Assembly (NCBI RefSeq): GCF_035084215.1
Contig: NC_090358.1
Coordinates: 15,686,001-15,750,000 of the forward strand
Origin: Heptranchias perlo
Taxonomy: Eukaryota
Direction: 5' to 3'
Length of the DNA stretch: 64,000 nt
In this document: one piece after another, positions 52,001 to 63,825 of the stretch
How positions within the stretch are numbered: the first letter of the stretch is position 1
Layout of the letters: each line of letters opens with the position of its first letter
Made by a program: the position numbers and the translations under genes
Notes under the pieces: generated by a model
What the model saw: the letters and a program-made list of their open reading frames with translations, nothing else
Database searches by the model: none
What the model was told of the DNA's origin: nothing

Positions 52001-52360
52001 GAAGAATGAGAGGTGATCTCATTGAAACGTATAAAATTCTTAGAGGGCTTGATAGGGTAGATGCTGAGAGGATGTTTCCCTGGCTGGAGAGTCTAGTACT
52101 AGGGGGCATGGTCTCAAGATAAGAGGTCGGCCATTTAGGACTGCGATGAGGAAAAATGTCTTCACTCAGAGGGTTGAGAATCTTCAGAATTCTCTACCCC
52201 AGAAGGCTGTGGATGCTCAGTCGTTGAGTATATTCAAGACTGAGATCGATGTATATTTGGACTCTAGGGGAATCAAGGGATATTGAGATAGGGTAGGAAA
52301 GTGGAGTTGAGGTAGAAGATCAGCCATAATCTTATTGATTGGCGGAGCAGGCTCGAGGGG
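49010..52360 (+). mobile_element. Decayed CR1 LINE (end of ORF1 + ORF2) filling most of LIPC intron 8, antisense to LIPC
   Basis: ATNNIG and GLH remnants, LNARSIRNK, GNYRPVSL, YLDFQKAFDK, KFADDT, LENCVQFWS; stops and frameshifts; terminal tail missing. Confidence 0.95.
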
Positions 52361-52413
52361 TTGTTCTTAAAAGTAATCTGACAAACAGGTGCGATCAATT
52401 TTTTCATACTTAC

Positions 52414-52632
52414 TTATGTTGTGTTTCTCCAGCTTTGACTCGTATTTTTCTGATGATAAACTCTGGATTTTGATTTTTCTGTCTCCAAGGAAAATAAGTT
52501 TGAACAGTCCTCCACAGGCTAGCCCAATCAACAGAGTTTTCCCACTTGAACTTGAGCATCATCAAATCTCCAATGTTAACGTCCGTGTGAATCAGAAAAG
52601 AATAGGTTTTGTTGGCAGTGATGCTTTCAACT
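52414..52632 (-). CDS. LIPC: Hepatic lipase exon 8, PLAT domain
   Basis: 219 nt, ttcag|...|gtaag; VESITANKTYSFLIHTDVNIGDLMMLKFKWENSVDWASLWRTVQTYFPWRQKNQNPEFIIRKIRVKAGETQH. Confidence 0.95.
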
Positions 52633-53574
52633 CTGAAATAAAATCAAAGTTCCAACATTATATCATCAAGTGCCAGTATAATTTCAAAAAGCTGTTCATT
52701 TTAACTCGGGCTGTTTCAAGCAATATAGGACAACTGCTCCCTACTAAGTTTATTATGAAAGATTAGTGAATGTGGGCTGTTCTGATGTGGAGTCTTAAAA
52801 AAAAAGAAGCTAGGAGTAAGTAACATGCACAATAACTATCAGTTGTTCATTTCCATCTGCTTTTTTGAATTACTTGAAAATGAGGCAAACAGGATTCCAC
52901 TGAGGAGCCCAAATACAAACATTTTTTTTAAAAAGGCAAACCCTGTAGCAGGAAAACTGAAGTAATATAAGCAAAGGACATCCTCCTGTTGATTGAATCC
53001 ACTCCTTACCATGAATGTCAGCAGATTCAGAATCAGTCTATTTAGAGACTGACTGATTTTTTTTTTCAGCCTGTTGATTATTAGCTCTGTTTCCTTCCAT
53101 AATTGTTTAGTGAACTGTGACCTTTGTCCTAGAAATTCTGAGAGAAGCCAAGGGAAAAATGATGTAGAGGTAATTGTGTTCACCACACCTTCCACCTGTC
53201 ATGGAAGAGATGTGTCCCCAGATTTTGGGGGTGGGGGGGGAGTTGGGTGAAATTTGTATAAGATTTTCAGTTGCATCTTCTGTCTTACAAAAGGACAACA
53301 GGCGGTGTGTATTTCAGATCTCGCCCTGTTCCTTCAAGTTGCTCACGTTCTCCTTATAATAATCAGAATTGGACTCAGACTCGCAGCTAAATTTGTCTGT
53401 GTGTTTTGTTAGCCGAATCACTTCATTTTTTGGTCAGCTGATTATCTGAGCTGTGTAGAAACCCTCCCCATGCTTAAGAGATTCCAAACCAAACTTCAGG
53501 GTTTCAGTTGCCTGATATGCAGTGTGCACTCCTTCTGTACAAACATACCCCAGCCTTGAGAACTCGGGTACAGG

Positions 53575-54420
53575 TTTTTTTTAATTCGTTCATGGGATGT
53601 GGGCATCGCTGGCGAGGCTGGGATTTATTGCCCATCCCTGGTGAGCCGCCGCCTTGAACCGCTGCAGTCCGTGTGGTGAAGGTTCTCCCACAGTGCTGTT
53701 AGGAAGGGAGTTCCAGGATTTTGACCCAGCGCCGATGAAGGAACGGCGATATATTTCCAAGTCGGGATGGTGTGTGACTTGGAGGGGAACGTGCAGGTGG
53801 TGTTGTTCCCATGTACCTGCTGCTCTTGTCCTTCTAGGTGGTAGAGGTCGTGGGTTTGGGAGGTGCTGTCGAAGAAGCCCTGGCGAGTTGCTGCAGTGCA
53901 TCCTGTGGATGGTACACACTGCAGTCACTGTGCGCCGGTGGTGAAGGGAGTGAATGTTTAGGGTGGTGGATAGGGTGCCAATCAAGCGGGCTGCTTTGTC
54001 CTGGATGGTGTCGAGCTTCTTGAGTGTTGTTGGAGCTGCACTCATCCAAGCAAGTGGAGAGTATTCCATCACACTCGTGACTTGTGCCTTGTCGATGGTG
54101 GAAAGGCTTTGGGGAGTCGGGAGGTGAGTCACTCGCCACAGAACACCCAGCCTCTGACCTGCTCTTGTAGCCACAGTATTTATATGGCTGGTCCAGCTAA
54201 GTTTCTGGTCAATGGTGACCCCTAGGATGTTGATGGTGGGGGATTCAGCGATGGTAATGCCGTTGAATGTCAAGGGGAGGTGGTTAGATTCTCTCTTGTT
54301 GGAGATGGTCATTGCCTGGCATTTGTCTGGCGCGAATGTTACTTGCCACTTATGAGCCCAAGCCTGGATGTTGTCCAGGTCATGCTGCATGCGGGCTCGG
54401 ACTGCTTCATTATTTGAGGT
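53575..54420 (-). mobile_element. LINE family B 3' part (RT C-terminus and tail)
   Basis: QHDLDNIQAWAHKWQVTFAPDKCQAM...MEYSPLAW...DKAARLIG; 3' tail. Confidence 0.92.
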
Positions 54421-55062
54421 TGACCGGAACCAAGGCTGAGTGACCGTCAAATACATATAGACTACTAATGATATAACCACACTTGCCTGCACAGCAATTG
54501 TAAGAATCCCACTTGAACCCAAAGTTACCTCTTGCCCAAAGGAGTTAAGTCATTAGAAAACTGACAAGTGTAGGTTTGACCCCTCACTAGGTGGACACTA
54601 TGTTAGAAACTCCTTCTGAGTGGCACATTGAGCAGCACAACCTGCCATAAAATGAGTGCATAACCACCATCCTACCACAGCATGGGCACACAGGATACCA
54701 GTGAACAGTGTTTCTACCAGTTAGAGGCACAGAGCCTCAGTACAATCTACTTGCCTTTTTCTAACCCAATCAAGGTAGTCACCAGCCCCTGGATATGTGA
54801 GCATGTGTTTGTATGCTCTGGCTGTGGTTAAAGCCGTCTAACAGTTATTGTTCCAAGTCTAACTGCCTGGATGTGCCAGCCACCTTGATGCATCACAATC
54901 TAATACAACACACACCAGGCTTGCTCATCAGCTGCTGTTCCAGATTCTGATCTAAAGGGCTTTGGCACAGTGAACAACTATACTAGGAGTATTAATAGAT
55001 GAGAGTATAAACTACTGTTACCTCTGATGTGCAAATATATCATATATACATACATACATACA

Positions 55063-55342
55063 CAGCACCTTCCACATCTTCAGGATATCATAAAGTGCAT
55101 CACAACCAATGAAGTACTTTTGAAATGTCACTGCTCTGTGCAAATGAGTTGCTGCGTTTGCCTACATTACAGCAAAATTCCGCAAACAGCAATGCGATAA
55201 ACGACCAGAACTTTTTTTTAGTGGTGTTGGCCACGACATAAGGAGAACTCTTCTGCTCTTCAAATAGTGCCACGAGATCATTTACATCCACCTTGAGCAG
55301 ACAGACAGGGCTTCAGTTTAACATCCCATCTGAAAGATGTTA
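55063..55342 (-). mobile_element. DeuSINE fragment
   Basis: Reverse complement matches the 20348-20719 and 55749-56168 copies. Confidence 0.7.
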
Positions 55343-55748
55343 CAATTTACAAGAAGTAGGAGGCACAAACTGACCCAAATCTGGCTTTGAACTATTCGAA
55401 AGATATCAAAGTATCTTGATCTTAAGCTGCTATTTCTTTGATTTCTGGCTTATAGATTCTAGGTCTGTCCTACCTGAAGTAAAATATCTATGGTGAAAAA
55501 TTCACTCTATCATTCTAAACTATATGAACATTTTAAAATACAGATTGTAAGTAAATATTTTAAATTATTGGGCAGCAGTTCACCTCAGCAGATTAGGACT
55601 TATGCAAATTGCAGTGGTGTTGGTTAAACTGGTTTGGAATCTTCCATGTGACAAAGTGAAGTGAAAACCAGTATAAAGTGGCACCTCCTAGTATATTTCA
55701 ATGAAGACACGGTGTGTGGGAGAGTCACTGGCATACTAAATTTGGTGT

Positions 55749-56168
55749 CAGCCTTGGCTCAGTGGTAGCACTCTCACCTCTGAGTCAGAAGATTATGGGT
55801 TCATGCCCCCTCCAGAGACCTGATTAATAATCTAGGCTAACACTTCAGTGCAGTACTGATTGAGTGCTGCACTGTCAGAGGTGCTGCCCTTCAAATGAGA
55901 TGTTAAAGCAAGGCCCTTTTCAGCTGGATGAAAAGATCCCACTATTTGGAGATGAGCATGGGAGTTCTGGCCAGCATTTATGCCTCAAACAGATTATCTG
56001 GTCATTTATTTCATTGCTGTTTATGGGAGCTTGCTGTGTGCAAATTTATTACCTCATTTCTCTACATTGCAATAGCGACTACACTTCAAAAGTACATAAT
56101 TGCCTGTGAAGTGCTTTGGGACGCCCTGAGGTCACGAAAGGTGCAATGTATATGCATATTTTTTCTTT
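55749..56168 (+). mobile_element. Near full-length DeuSINE with tRNA-like head
   Basis: A-box-like TGGCTCAGTGG, B-box-like GGGTTCATGCCC, central domain and L2-like tail. Confidence 0.75.
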
Positions 56169-56564
56169 ACACAGATAAGGATGTGATTCAAAGATATTTT
56201 CTTTTTTAGTCATATTTATCTTCAAAAGAATATCCTAATTTTAGTTCATTTAAGTTTGTGAATGAAATCCGCAACCCTTATTCCGTTAATCATTTGTTAA
56301 CCTATGGTCACGTGTATATGAAAATTGTGGTAATTTCTATTTCAAACACAAGAGGGTGCAAATAATGGAGAAACCATTAAGAAACTGAATTCTACTGTGT
56401 GGGGAATAGTGAGAAAATAAAAATACAGGTGAGATTACTCGGATGTCTATAGCATTTATTTTAAATTGTGTTCTTACCTTTGTAAATACCATAAAGACTT
56501 TCTGCCAAAGAGAAAGTGGGAGCTATAGTGTTTCCAACATTCTTTGTTTTTTGTTTGAAGATAA

Positions 56565-59500
56565 CTAAAGCCAGTATTAGGAATGCTAAGATGGCATTAG
56601 ATAAAAGGAGAGTGGTCAATTGCAGTATTGACGATGAGGCTTTTTTTTAGTTATGTTAGAAGTCGGATAACAGTCAAAGGCTGCCTAGGTGTTTTGAGGG
56701 ATTTGTCAGGGCAGGATTTGGCTGATGAACTGGATACTTTGCAAAAGCTTTCACTTCTGAAGCGTATGCCATGGCTCCTTGCAGTATTACAGGATAGGTG
56801 TTTAGTTAAAATTGCTTCATTAGAAGTAATTGCAGAAATGGTTTTAGTTAAGATCTATGCACTTAAGATTGATAGTGCTGCAGGACCCAATACCATTTAC
56901 CCCAGAGTGCTAAAGGAAATAGGGGAGGACACTTGCTCAAATGTTCAGTAGCTCGTTGTGGTCCAGGTTGGATGCCATGGATGAGAGGGTTACTGATGTG
57001 GTCCCATTGTTTTTTAAAAAAGGTAAGAAATCGGACCCTGGAAATTATAAGCCCATAAATTTGACGTTAGTAGTAGGGAAAAGGTTGGGAAGCATTATGT
57101 AGAATGTGATTGATGATGACCTTCGGCGAGTTTGGTGGTTATTATGGATAATCAACTTTATGACTTTATGAAACCTAGGTCCATAAGACCATAAGAGATA
57201 GAAGCAGGAGTAGGCCATTCAGCCCCTCGAGCTTGCTCCACCATTTAATGAGATCATGGCTGATCTGATTTTTACCTCAACTCCACTTTCCTGCCCTTTC
57301 CCCATATGCTTTGACTCCCTTGCTGATCAAAAATTTGTCTAACTCAGCCTTGAATGTATTCAATGACTCAGCCTCCACAGCTTTTTGGGGTAAAGAATTC
57401 CAAAGATTCATGACCCTCTGGGAGAAGGAATTCCTCCTCATTTCCGTCTTAAACGGGCGACCCCTTATTCTGAGACTATGCCCCCTAGTTTTAGATTCCC
57501 CCATGAGGGGTAACATCCTCTCAGCATCTACCCTATCGAGTCCCCTCAGAATCTTGTATGTTTTAATAAGATCTCTTCTCATTCTTTTAAACTCCAATGA
57601 GCATAGACCCAACCTGTTCAATCTTTTCTCATAAGACAACCCTTCCATACCCGGAATCAACCTAGTGAACCTTCTCTGAACAGCCTCCAATGCAAGTATA
57701 TCCTTCCTTAAATAAGGGCACCAGAACTGTACGCAGAACTCCAGGTGTGGTCTCACCAGCACCCTGTACAGTTGTAGCATGACTTCCCTGCTTTCATACT
57801 CCATTCCCCCAGACATAAAGGCCAATATTCCGTTTGCCTTCCGGATTACCTGCTGCACCTGTATGTTGACTTTTTGTGTTTCATGTACGAGGACACCCAG
57901 ATCCCTCTGTACCGCAGCATTTTGTAGTATTTCTCCATTCAAATAATATTTTGCTTTTTTATTTTTCCTCCCAAAGTGGATGACTTCACATTTTCCCACA
58001 TTATATTCCATCTGCCAAATTTTTGCCCATTTGCTTAACCTGTCAATATCCCTTTGTAGATACTTTGTGTCCTCATCGCAACTTGCTTTTCCACCTATCT
58101 TTGTATCATCAGCAAATTTGGCCACAAGACACTCTGTTCCTTCATCTAAGTCATTGATATATATTGTAAATAGTTGAGGCCCCAGCACTGAGCCCTGCGG
58201 CACCCCACTAGTTACAGTTACTTTCTGTCTCACACCCTTCTTGAATAGGGGTGTTACGTTTGCGGTTTTCTAATCCGTTGGGACCTTTCCAGAATCTAGT
58301 GAATTCTGGAAAATTACAACCAATGCATCTACTATCTCTGTAGCCACTTCCTTTAAGACCCTCAGATGCAAGCCATCAGGTCCAGGGGACTTGTCAGCCT
58401 TGAGACCCATTAGTTTACCTAATATTTTTTCTCCAGTGATTGTTTTTAGTTCCTCCCTCCCCTTTGTCCCTTGATTTTCTACTATTATTGGTACATTATT
58501 AGTGTCTTCGACTGTGAAGACATATAAAATATCTGTTCAATTCCTCTGCCATTTCCTTGTTTTCCATTATTATTTCCCCTGTCTCATCCTTTAAGGGACC
58601 AATGTTCACTTTAGCTACCCTCTTCCTTTTTATATACTTGTAGAAGCTTTTACTGTCAATTTTTATATTTCTTGCTAGTTTACTCTCATATTTTATTTTC
58701 TCCCTCTATTATTCTTTTAGTCATCCTTTGCTGGTTTTTAAAGTTTTCCCAATCTTCAGGCTTACCAGTAATCTTTGCCATGATGTATGCTTTTTCTTTT
58801 AACCTGATACCATCCTTTACTTCCTTAGTTAGCCATGGTTGGTTTACCCTTTTTGTGGAGTCTTTCCTCCTCACAGGGATATATTGTTGCGAGTCATAAA
58901 ATATCTTTTTAAATGTTTGCCACTGCTTATCCACCATCATACCATCTAATCTGTTCACCCAGTCTATTTTAGCCAATTCTGCCCTCATTCCTCCATAATT
59001 GCCCTTATTTAAGTTTAATACAGTAGTTTCAGACCCAAGATCCTCACTCTCAAACTGGATGTGAAATCCAATCATGTTATGATCACTGCTTCCCAAGGGA
59101 TCCTTTACTTTGAGATCATTCATTAATCCTGTTTTGTTACCCATTACCAGATCTAAAATGGCCTGTTCCCTGGTTGGTTCCCCAACGTATTGGTCTAAGA
59201 AACAGTCCCTAATACACTCTCTGAACTGCTCCTCAGGGCTATTTTTGCCAATTTGATTTGTCCAATCTATGTGAAAGTTAAAATCGCCCATGATTATTGC
59301 ATTACCTTTTTTTACAAGCCCCCCTTATTTCCTGATTTACATTTTGCCCTATAATGTAGCTATTGTTTGGTGGGAGGAGTATATAGGCCCCCTGTGATTT
59401 CTTTCTCTTGCTATTTCTTACCTCCACCCAAATTGATTCGATATCTTGATCTTCTGAGCCAAGATAATTTCTCACTCTTATATCAATTTCATCCTTTATT

Positions 59501-60012
59501 ATCAGAGCTACCCCCCGACCTTTACCTTTTTTCCTATCCTTCCGAAATGTTAAATAACCCTGAATATTTAGCTCCCAACCTTGGTCACCTTGCAACCACG
59601 TCTCTGTGATGGCCATGAGATCATACCCATTTGTTTCTATTTGTGCCATCAATTCATCTATCTTACGAATGCTGCACGCATTCAGATAAAGAACCTTTAA
59701 TTTTGTCTTTTTACCATTCTTTCCGACCCCGGTCCTGCCTTACTAACTTGATTAAGTTTTGTGAGGAATTGTCCAGAATGCTGGATGAAGATGTGCTGGT
59801 TGATATTCCAAAAAAACCTCTGATCAAGTATTATGTACACGAATATTAGGAAAACATAGCCCTGTGGCACGATAGGACAGTTACTACATTGGATAGGTAG
59901 CTGGTTGAAATTACTTCACCAATGAGAGTGGATCTGATTGGGGCCCAGTTATAAGTGGAGATCCACAGAGCTCTATACTGGGACCATTACTGTCCATCAT
60001 TTTCATTAATAA
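56565..60012 (+). mobile_element. Old CR1 RT fragment split into 56565-57182 and 59731-60012 by a younger CR1
   Basis: AGPNTIYPRVLKE, GNYKPINLT, FMKPR|SCLTNLIKFCEE continuous across the insertion. Confidence 0.8.
57183..59730 (-). mobile_element. Younger CR1 LINE (EN + RT with internal deletion), nested in an old CR1
   Basis: ORFs 59302-59652, 58686-59291 and 57277-58233 (GVPQGSVLGP, KFADDT); tail TCTTATGGTCTTATGG; possible TSD GGTCC at 57178-57182 and 59731-59735. Confidence 0.95.
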
Positions 60013-61048
60013 TCAAATGGAACAATTCTTAAATTTGCAGTAACAACAGAAGGTAAAATCTCCAGAGTGGCACTTCAGCAGAGGAGGGGGTGGCTGTTGT
60101 GGGGGGCTGGGAGCTGGGGAGGGGAGGAGCTGCATGGTTTTCATCTGCTCAGGATCAGTCTTGTTGCTCTTTGCTGTTTCCTTTCTAATGCAGCATATCT
60201 GTTTTGCATTGTGATCATAACTGAACACAGGAAATTAGGCTTAAAACATGAAAATTATAGTATAAGAAAGTTGGATGATTGAGGAGCTGAAATCATTTCT
60301 GAAGTGTTGCTGAACTCTACATGGTTTAAAAAAAAGTGCAAAACTGCCTGATAGGAAGTGAATGAAATGGTGGTACTTCGCTCTTGCATCTAACTCTTTG
60401 CTGCCATTTGCTTTGAATAAATGTACTAATGGCATTACTGCAATTGCAAGATATGAGTCTCTAGCAAACCCACCATAATCATGTATGTTACTCTGTGATA
60501 CGTTAGTTTCAAATGACAAGGCCTAGTTCACCACGACTGAAATTAATGAAATGTGAGAGTTTATCCCCAGTACAACAGGGCACCTTGCCATCTGTTCATC
60601 TTAACTGTTTGTTTATTTACACAAAAGCTTTTGTGATGGCACTAAAAGCATTGCATATTTGAACAAATGCAAACCCAACTTTACATCGGTGTTATCAATA
60701 TTTAGCATATAGGTACAAACACGCTGTAAAATCAAAAATAAAACTTCATTTAATGTTTGCAATTGTTTCTTCTTTGGCATTCTTACTTCATTATCTCAAA
60801 TTGCTGCTACCACAACTACCACCTGTAATCACCCAGAAAATGGTGCATCTCGGCAAGTGTCAGACAAGATCAACAATGACTGCTGGGCATTTTAAGTTAA
60901 AGTGGACACAGTAGAAACAGCACAAGACCATCAATTAGATCAATTTTTCAATCCTGTTTTTGTGTGATGCACAATTCTTTAAAGTGGAAATGAATTGGAT
61001 GTTACTTTCTAATTTATACATCATTAAAAAATACAGTACAGTACTCAC

Positions 61049-61169
61049 AATTTGATTGGTAAATTTTCAGCATCATCTTGTATTCCATACAAGGAAACAG
61101 TGAGAGAAGGTTCCAATTTACTGTGTTCTGTCTGGTTGATAAAGCGAATCTTGAATTGGTAGTGATAAA
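61049..61169 (-). CDS. LIPC: Hepatic lipase exon 7, start of PLAT domain
   Basis: 121 nt, atcag|...|gtgag; YHYQFKIRFINQTEHSKLEPSLTVSLYGIQDDAENLPIK. Confidence 0.94.
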
Positions 61170-61274
61170 CTGATAAAATTGAAATAAAATGAGTTGATAT
61201 TCATTTTAATTTAATGTAACATGTATAATTAATTCAAAAAGCTACTACCCTAATAATTTTAAGGTCTCTTTTCA

Positions 61275-61570
61275 CCTCCAATTTTCATCTCCCCTTTCCT
61301 GAAGATGTTGACTGATTCTAGGGTATCTGGAGACCTAATGCCCTGCCTTAGTGTTGGCAGGCTGTTTGACCATGGAGCATCAGAGCTAAGCCCAATCTTG
61401 TCCTCACCTGATGTCTGTACAAGTACAATTTCCATCGAATGCAGTTAGAAGTGGGAACCTGGCCTGATTTTTCTCCCCTGCAGCCTCGAGCACTAAGGCT
61501 AATTGTGGCACTCTTACTGCTGCACCAGCTAAGATCAGCTAACTAAGGGCAGATGGGTTCAAATCCAGGT
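61275..61570 (-). mobile_element. Ancient SINE (LF-SINE-like, tentative) in LIPC intron 6
   Basis: On -: TTAGCTGATCTTAGCTGG...CACAATTAGCCTTAG...GTCAACATCTTCAGGAAAGGGGAG; assignment from recall. Confidence 0.45.
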
Positions 61571-61655
61571 AGGTGTTCATTTTAATATTTCATCTGAGTA
61601 ATAACCTGGATGTGGTTTTTGCAAAGGAAGCAATGGAAACAATTAGAAATCGTAC

Positions 61656-61898
61656 CTTTATACGGCATGTCAGCGCGGGTTTTCAGATACATTTTCTTGC
61701 TTCTTTGAGTACGGACCTTTTTAATATTATAGCCCAATGTGTTGCATCGATTCTTTCTGCAGCTCAGACAGATTCCTTTGTTAAACGTGTTCAGGTCATT
61801 GCACCAATATGCAACACTTTGCTTATCTTCATTCAGCAAAGAATCAATGAACAAGTGCACAGACCTCTCATGTGCGCACTTCACAGTTGCTGTAATAC
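61656..61898 (-). CDS. LIPC: Hepatic lipase exon 6: end of lid, catalytic His (CAHERS). 5' boundary set by homology because the canonical AG is missing
   Basis: [82 protein letters not shown] donor at 61655-61654; the acceptor position reads CG. Confidence 0.92.
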
Positions 61899-63115
61899 CG
61901 GAGAGACCATGAAAGAAATGAACAATTGTTACAATAACCTCTGAGCAGTCTAAAGTTTGGAAAAATTTGATAATGTAAAATAATTGACGCCTTCTGATGC
62001 TGTGGTGATGTATGATGCAACAATGCCTGCTGATTAACACAAAGCAGTAACAAAGGCAATCACTGACCATCTAATAGAGATGTTATTTTGAGCAACAAAC
62101 AGTACCCACCATTACCCAAATATGTAATATGATTATATAGATATACATATGTGCTGTTACATTTTATATATGGAGATTCTGCCCACATGTAGACCATGAT
62201 ACTGAAGTGAATTTATTACTTCACTGCATATGTTATCTGATGTTTAGAAACTGAGCAATATAGTCTAGATTCTCGTGTTATTTTAATGCCAGCAGTAATC
62301 CATTGGGACGACACCAATGAAGAAATACACAGACTGCTCATGCGCATGGGGACATCTTGGCTAGTACGTCTGGATGGACACACATTTTGCATCTGTCAAA
62401 CTCATCGCCAATGAAGTTCTCCATATATTGAACATTACTTTATAAGGTTTAGTAATGGAGTCAGAAGATTAATGCAAATGAATGAACTGTATATGTTTTT
62501 AATGCATATTTCGCTGCCTTGCAGGCTGCTTTTATCATGCATCCAACTCCAGTCAGAGGAGATAGTTTATATCATGGATTTTCCCATGTCTGCAGGATGT
62601 GAAATCTGTGCTGAATGAGAGACAATGTCAGTCCTCCTTTCCCCTCCCCCAAACCATAAAAAAGATGAAGGATCTTGCTGTTCACAATACTTCATCCTGT
62701 GAGTCGGACAGCAATTTGCACAACTCAGCCAAGGAGGTTCCACTGATAGCCATTCCTGCAACTCAAACTGGTACTGAAACACTCGACTAACGGACTATGT
62801 CATGCCCATTTTATCTTTTATTTTCAAACTAGCCTTCTGAAAGTTATTCTAAAAATAAGGGATGTCTTTGTACCATGAAATACAGCACTGTATGAATGCT
62901 CCTTCTTGGTGTAGTCAACAATTGTCTGGATACGCCCACTGTTTAATTCCACACATTCAGTACAGACATTCAGTCAAAAGGGTCCTTTGTCAGACCCTTT
63001 CATCATCATTAAATGAATCAGTAAACACATCATTGTCAATATGGCTTTTTAGTTAACATATTTTTCTCATTACAATGAAATATTTATAGCCATTTTCTCT
63101 AAGGTTGAATCATAC

Positions 63116-63349
63116 CTAGAATTCCATATTGAGCAATGTGACTGTACATGTGTTTGATGTGACAGCCAGGTTGAAAGGTGCCACCATTTGGGTAGAAATC
63201 GTAATGGGCTACAGGTTGATTGATTCCAACACTCAGTCCCATATGTTCTTGTGTAAATGTGTGAAGTGCATCAACAAAATTTGCATCATCAGGAGATAAA
63301 CGATCGGATGATGACATGCCTTCAAACAGCGGTCCAGCTGGGTCGAGAC
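63116..63349 (-). CDS. LIPC: Hepatic lipase exon 5: catalytic Asp (GLDPAGP) and first part of the lid
   Basis: 234 nt, AG/GT on -; [77 protein letters not shown]; the [14 protein letters not shown] segment is LIPC-type; LIPC is known to neighbour ADAM10. Confidence 0.95.
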
Positions 63350-63377
63350 CTGTGCAATAAACAAAGTGTGTATTTGT

Positions 63378-63825
63378 AAAAGAAAAAAGAAAGACTTATA
63401 TTTATATAGCGCCTTTCATGGCCTCAGGATGTCCCAAAGTGCTTTACAACCAACAAAGCACTTTTTGAAGTTTAATCACTGTTGTAATGTAGGAAATGCA
63501 GCAGGCAATTTGCATACAGCAGGACCCCACAAAGAGCAATGAAATAAACAGCCAGATCATCTGTTTTAGGAGTTGGTTCAGGGACAGATATTGGATAGAA
63601 CTACTATCCAACTCTTCTACGACTAGTTCCGTGGGATCTTTTGCCTCCACCTGAGAGAGCAGTACTAAGGGAATGCTGCCCTGTTGAAGGTGCTGTCTTT
63701 CAGTTTAATGGCTCACCTGAAAGACTGCACCTTCAACAGTGCAGCATTCCCTTAGTACTGCACTGAAATGTTAGCCTAGATTATGTGCTTAAATTTGTGG
63801 AGTGGGACTCAAACCCACAACCTTG
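63378..63825 (-). mobile_element. DeuSINE with an internal inverted duplication
   Basis: Tail AAAGGCGCTATATAAATATAAGTCTTTC on -; central domain; 45-bp inverted arms 63659-63703 and 63717-63761. Confidence 0.75.

Noticed and set aside
53590-54522. 310-aa ORF with a hydrophobic N-terminus as a membrane-anchored RT fusion
   Set aside because: Non-ATG start in flanking DNA running by chance into a 5'-truncated LINE; frameshifted near the end
61582-62070. 162-aa ORF as a standalone lipase
   Set aside because: It is LIPC exon 6 with open intronic flanks
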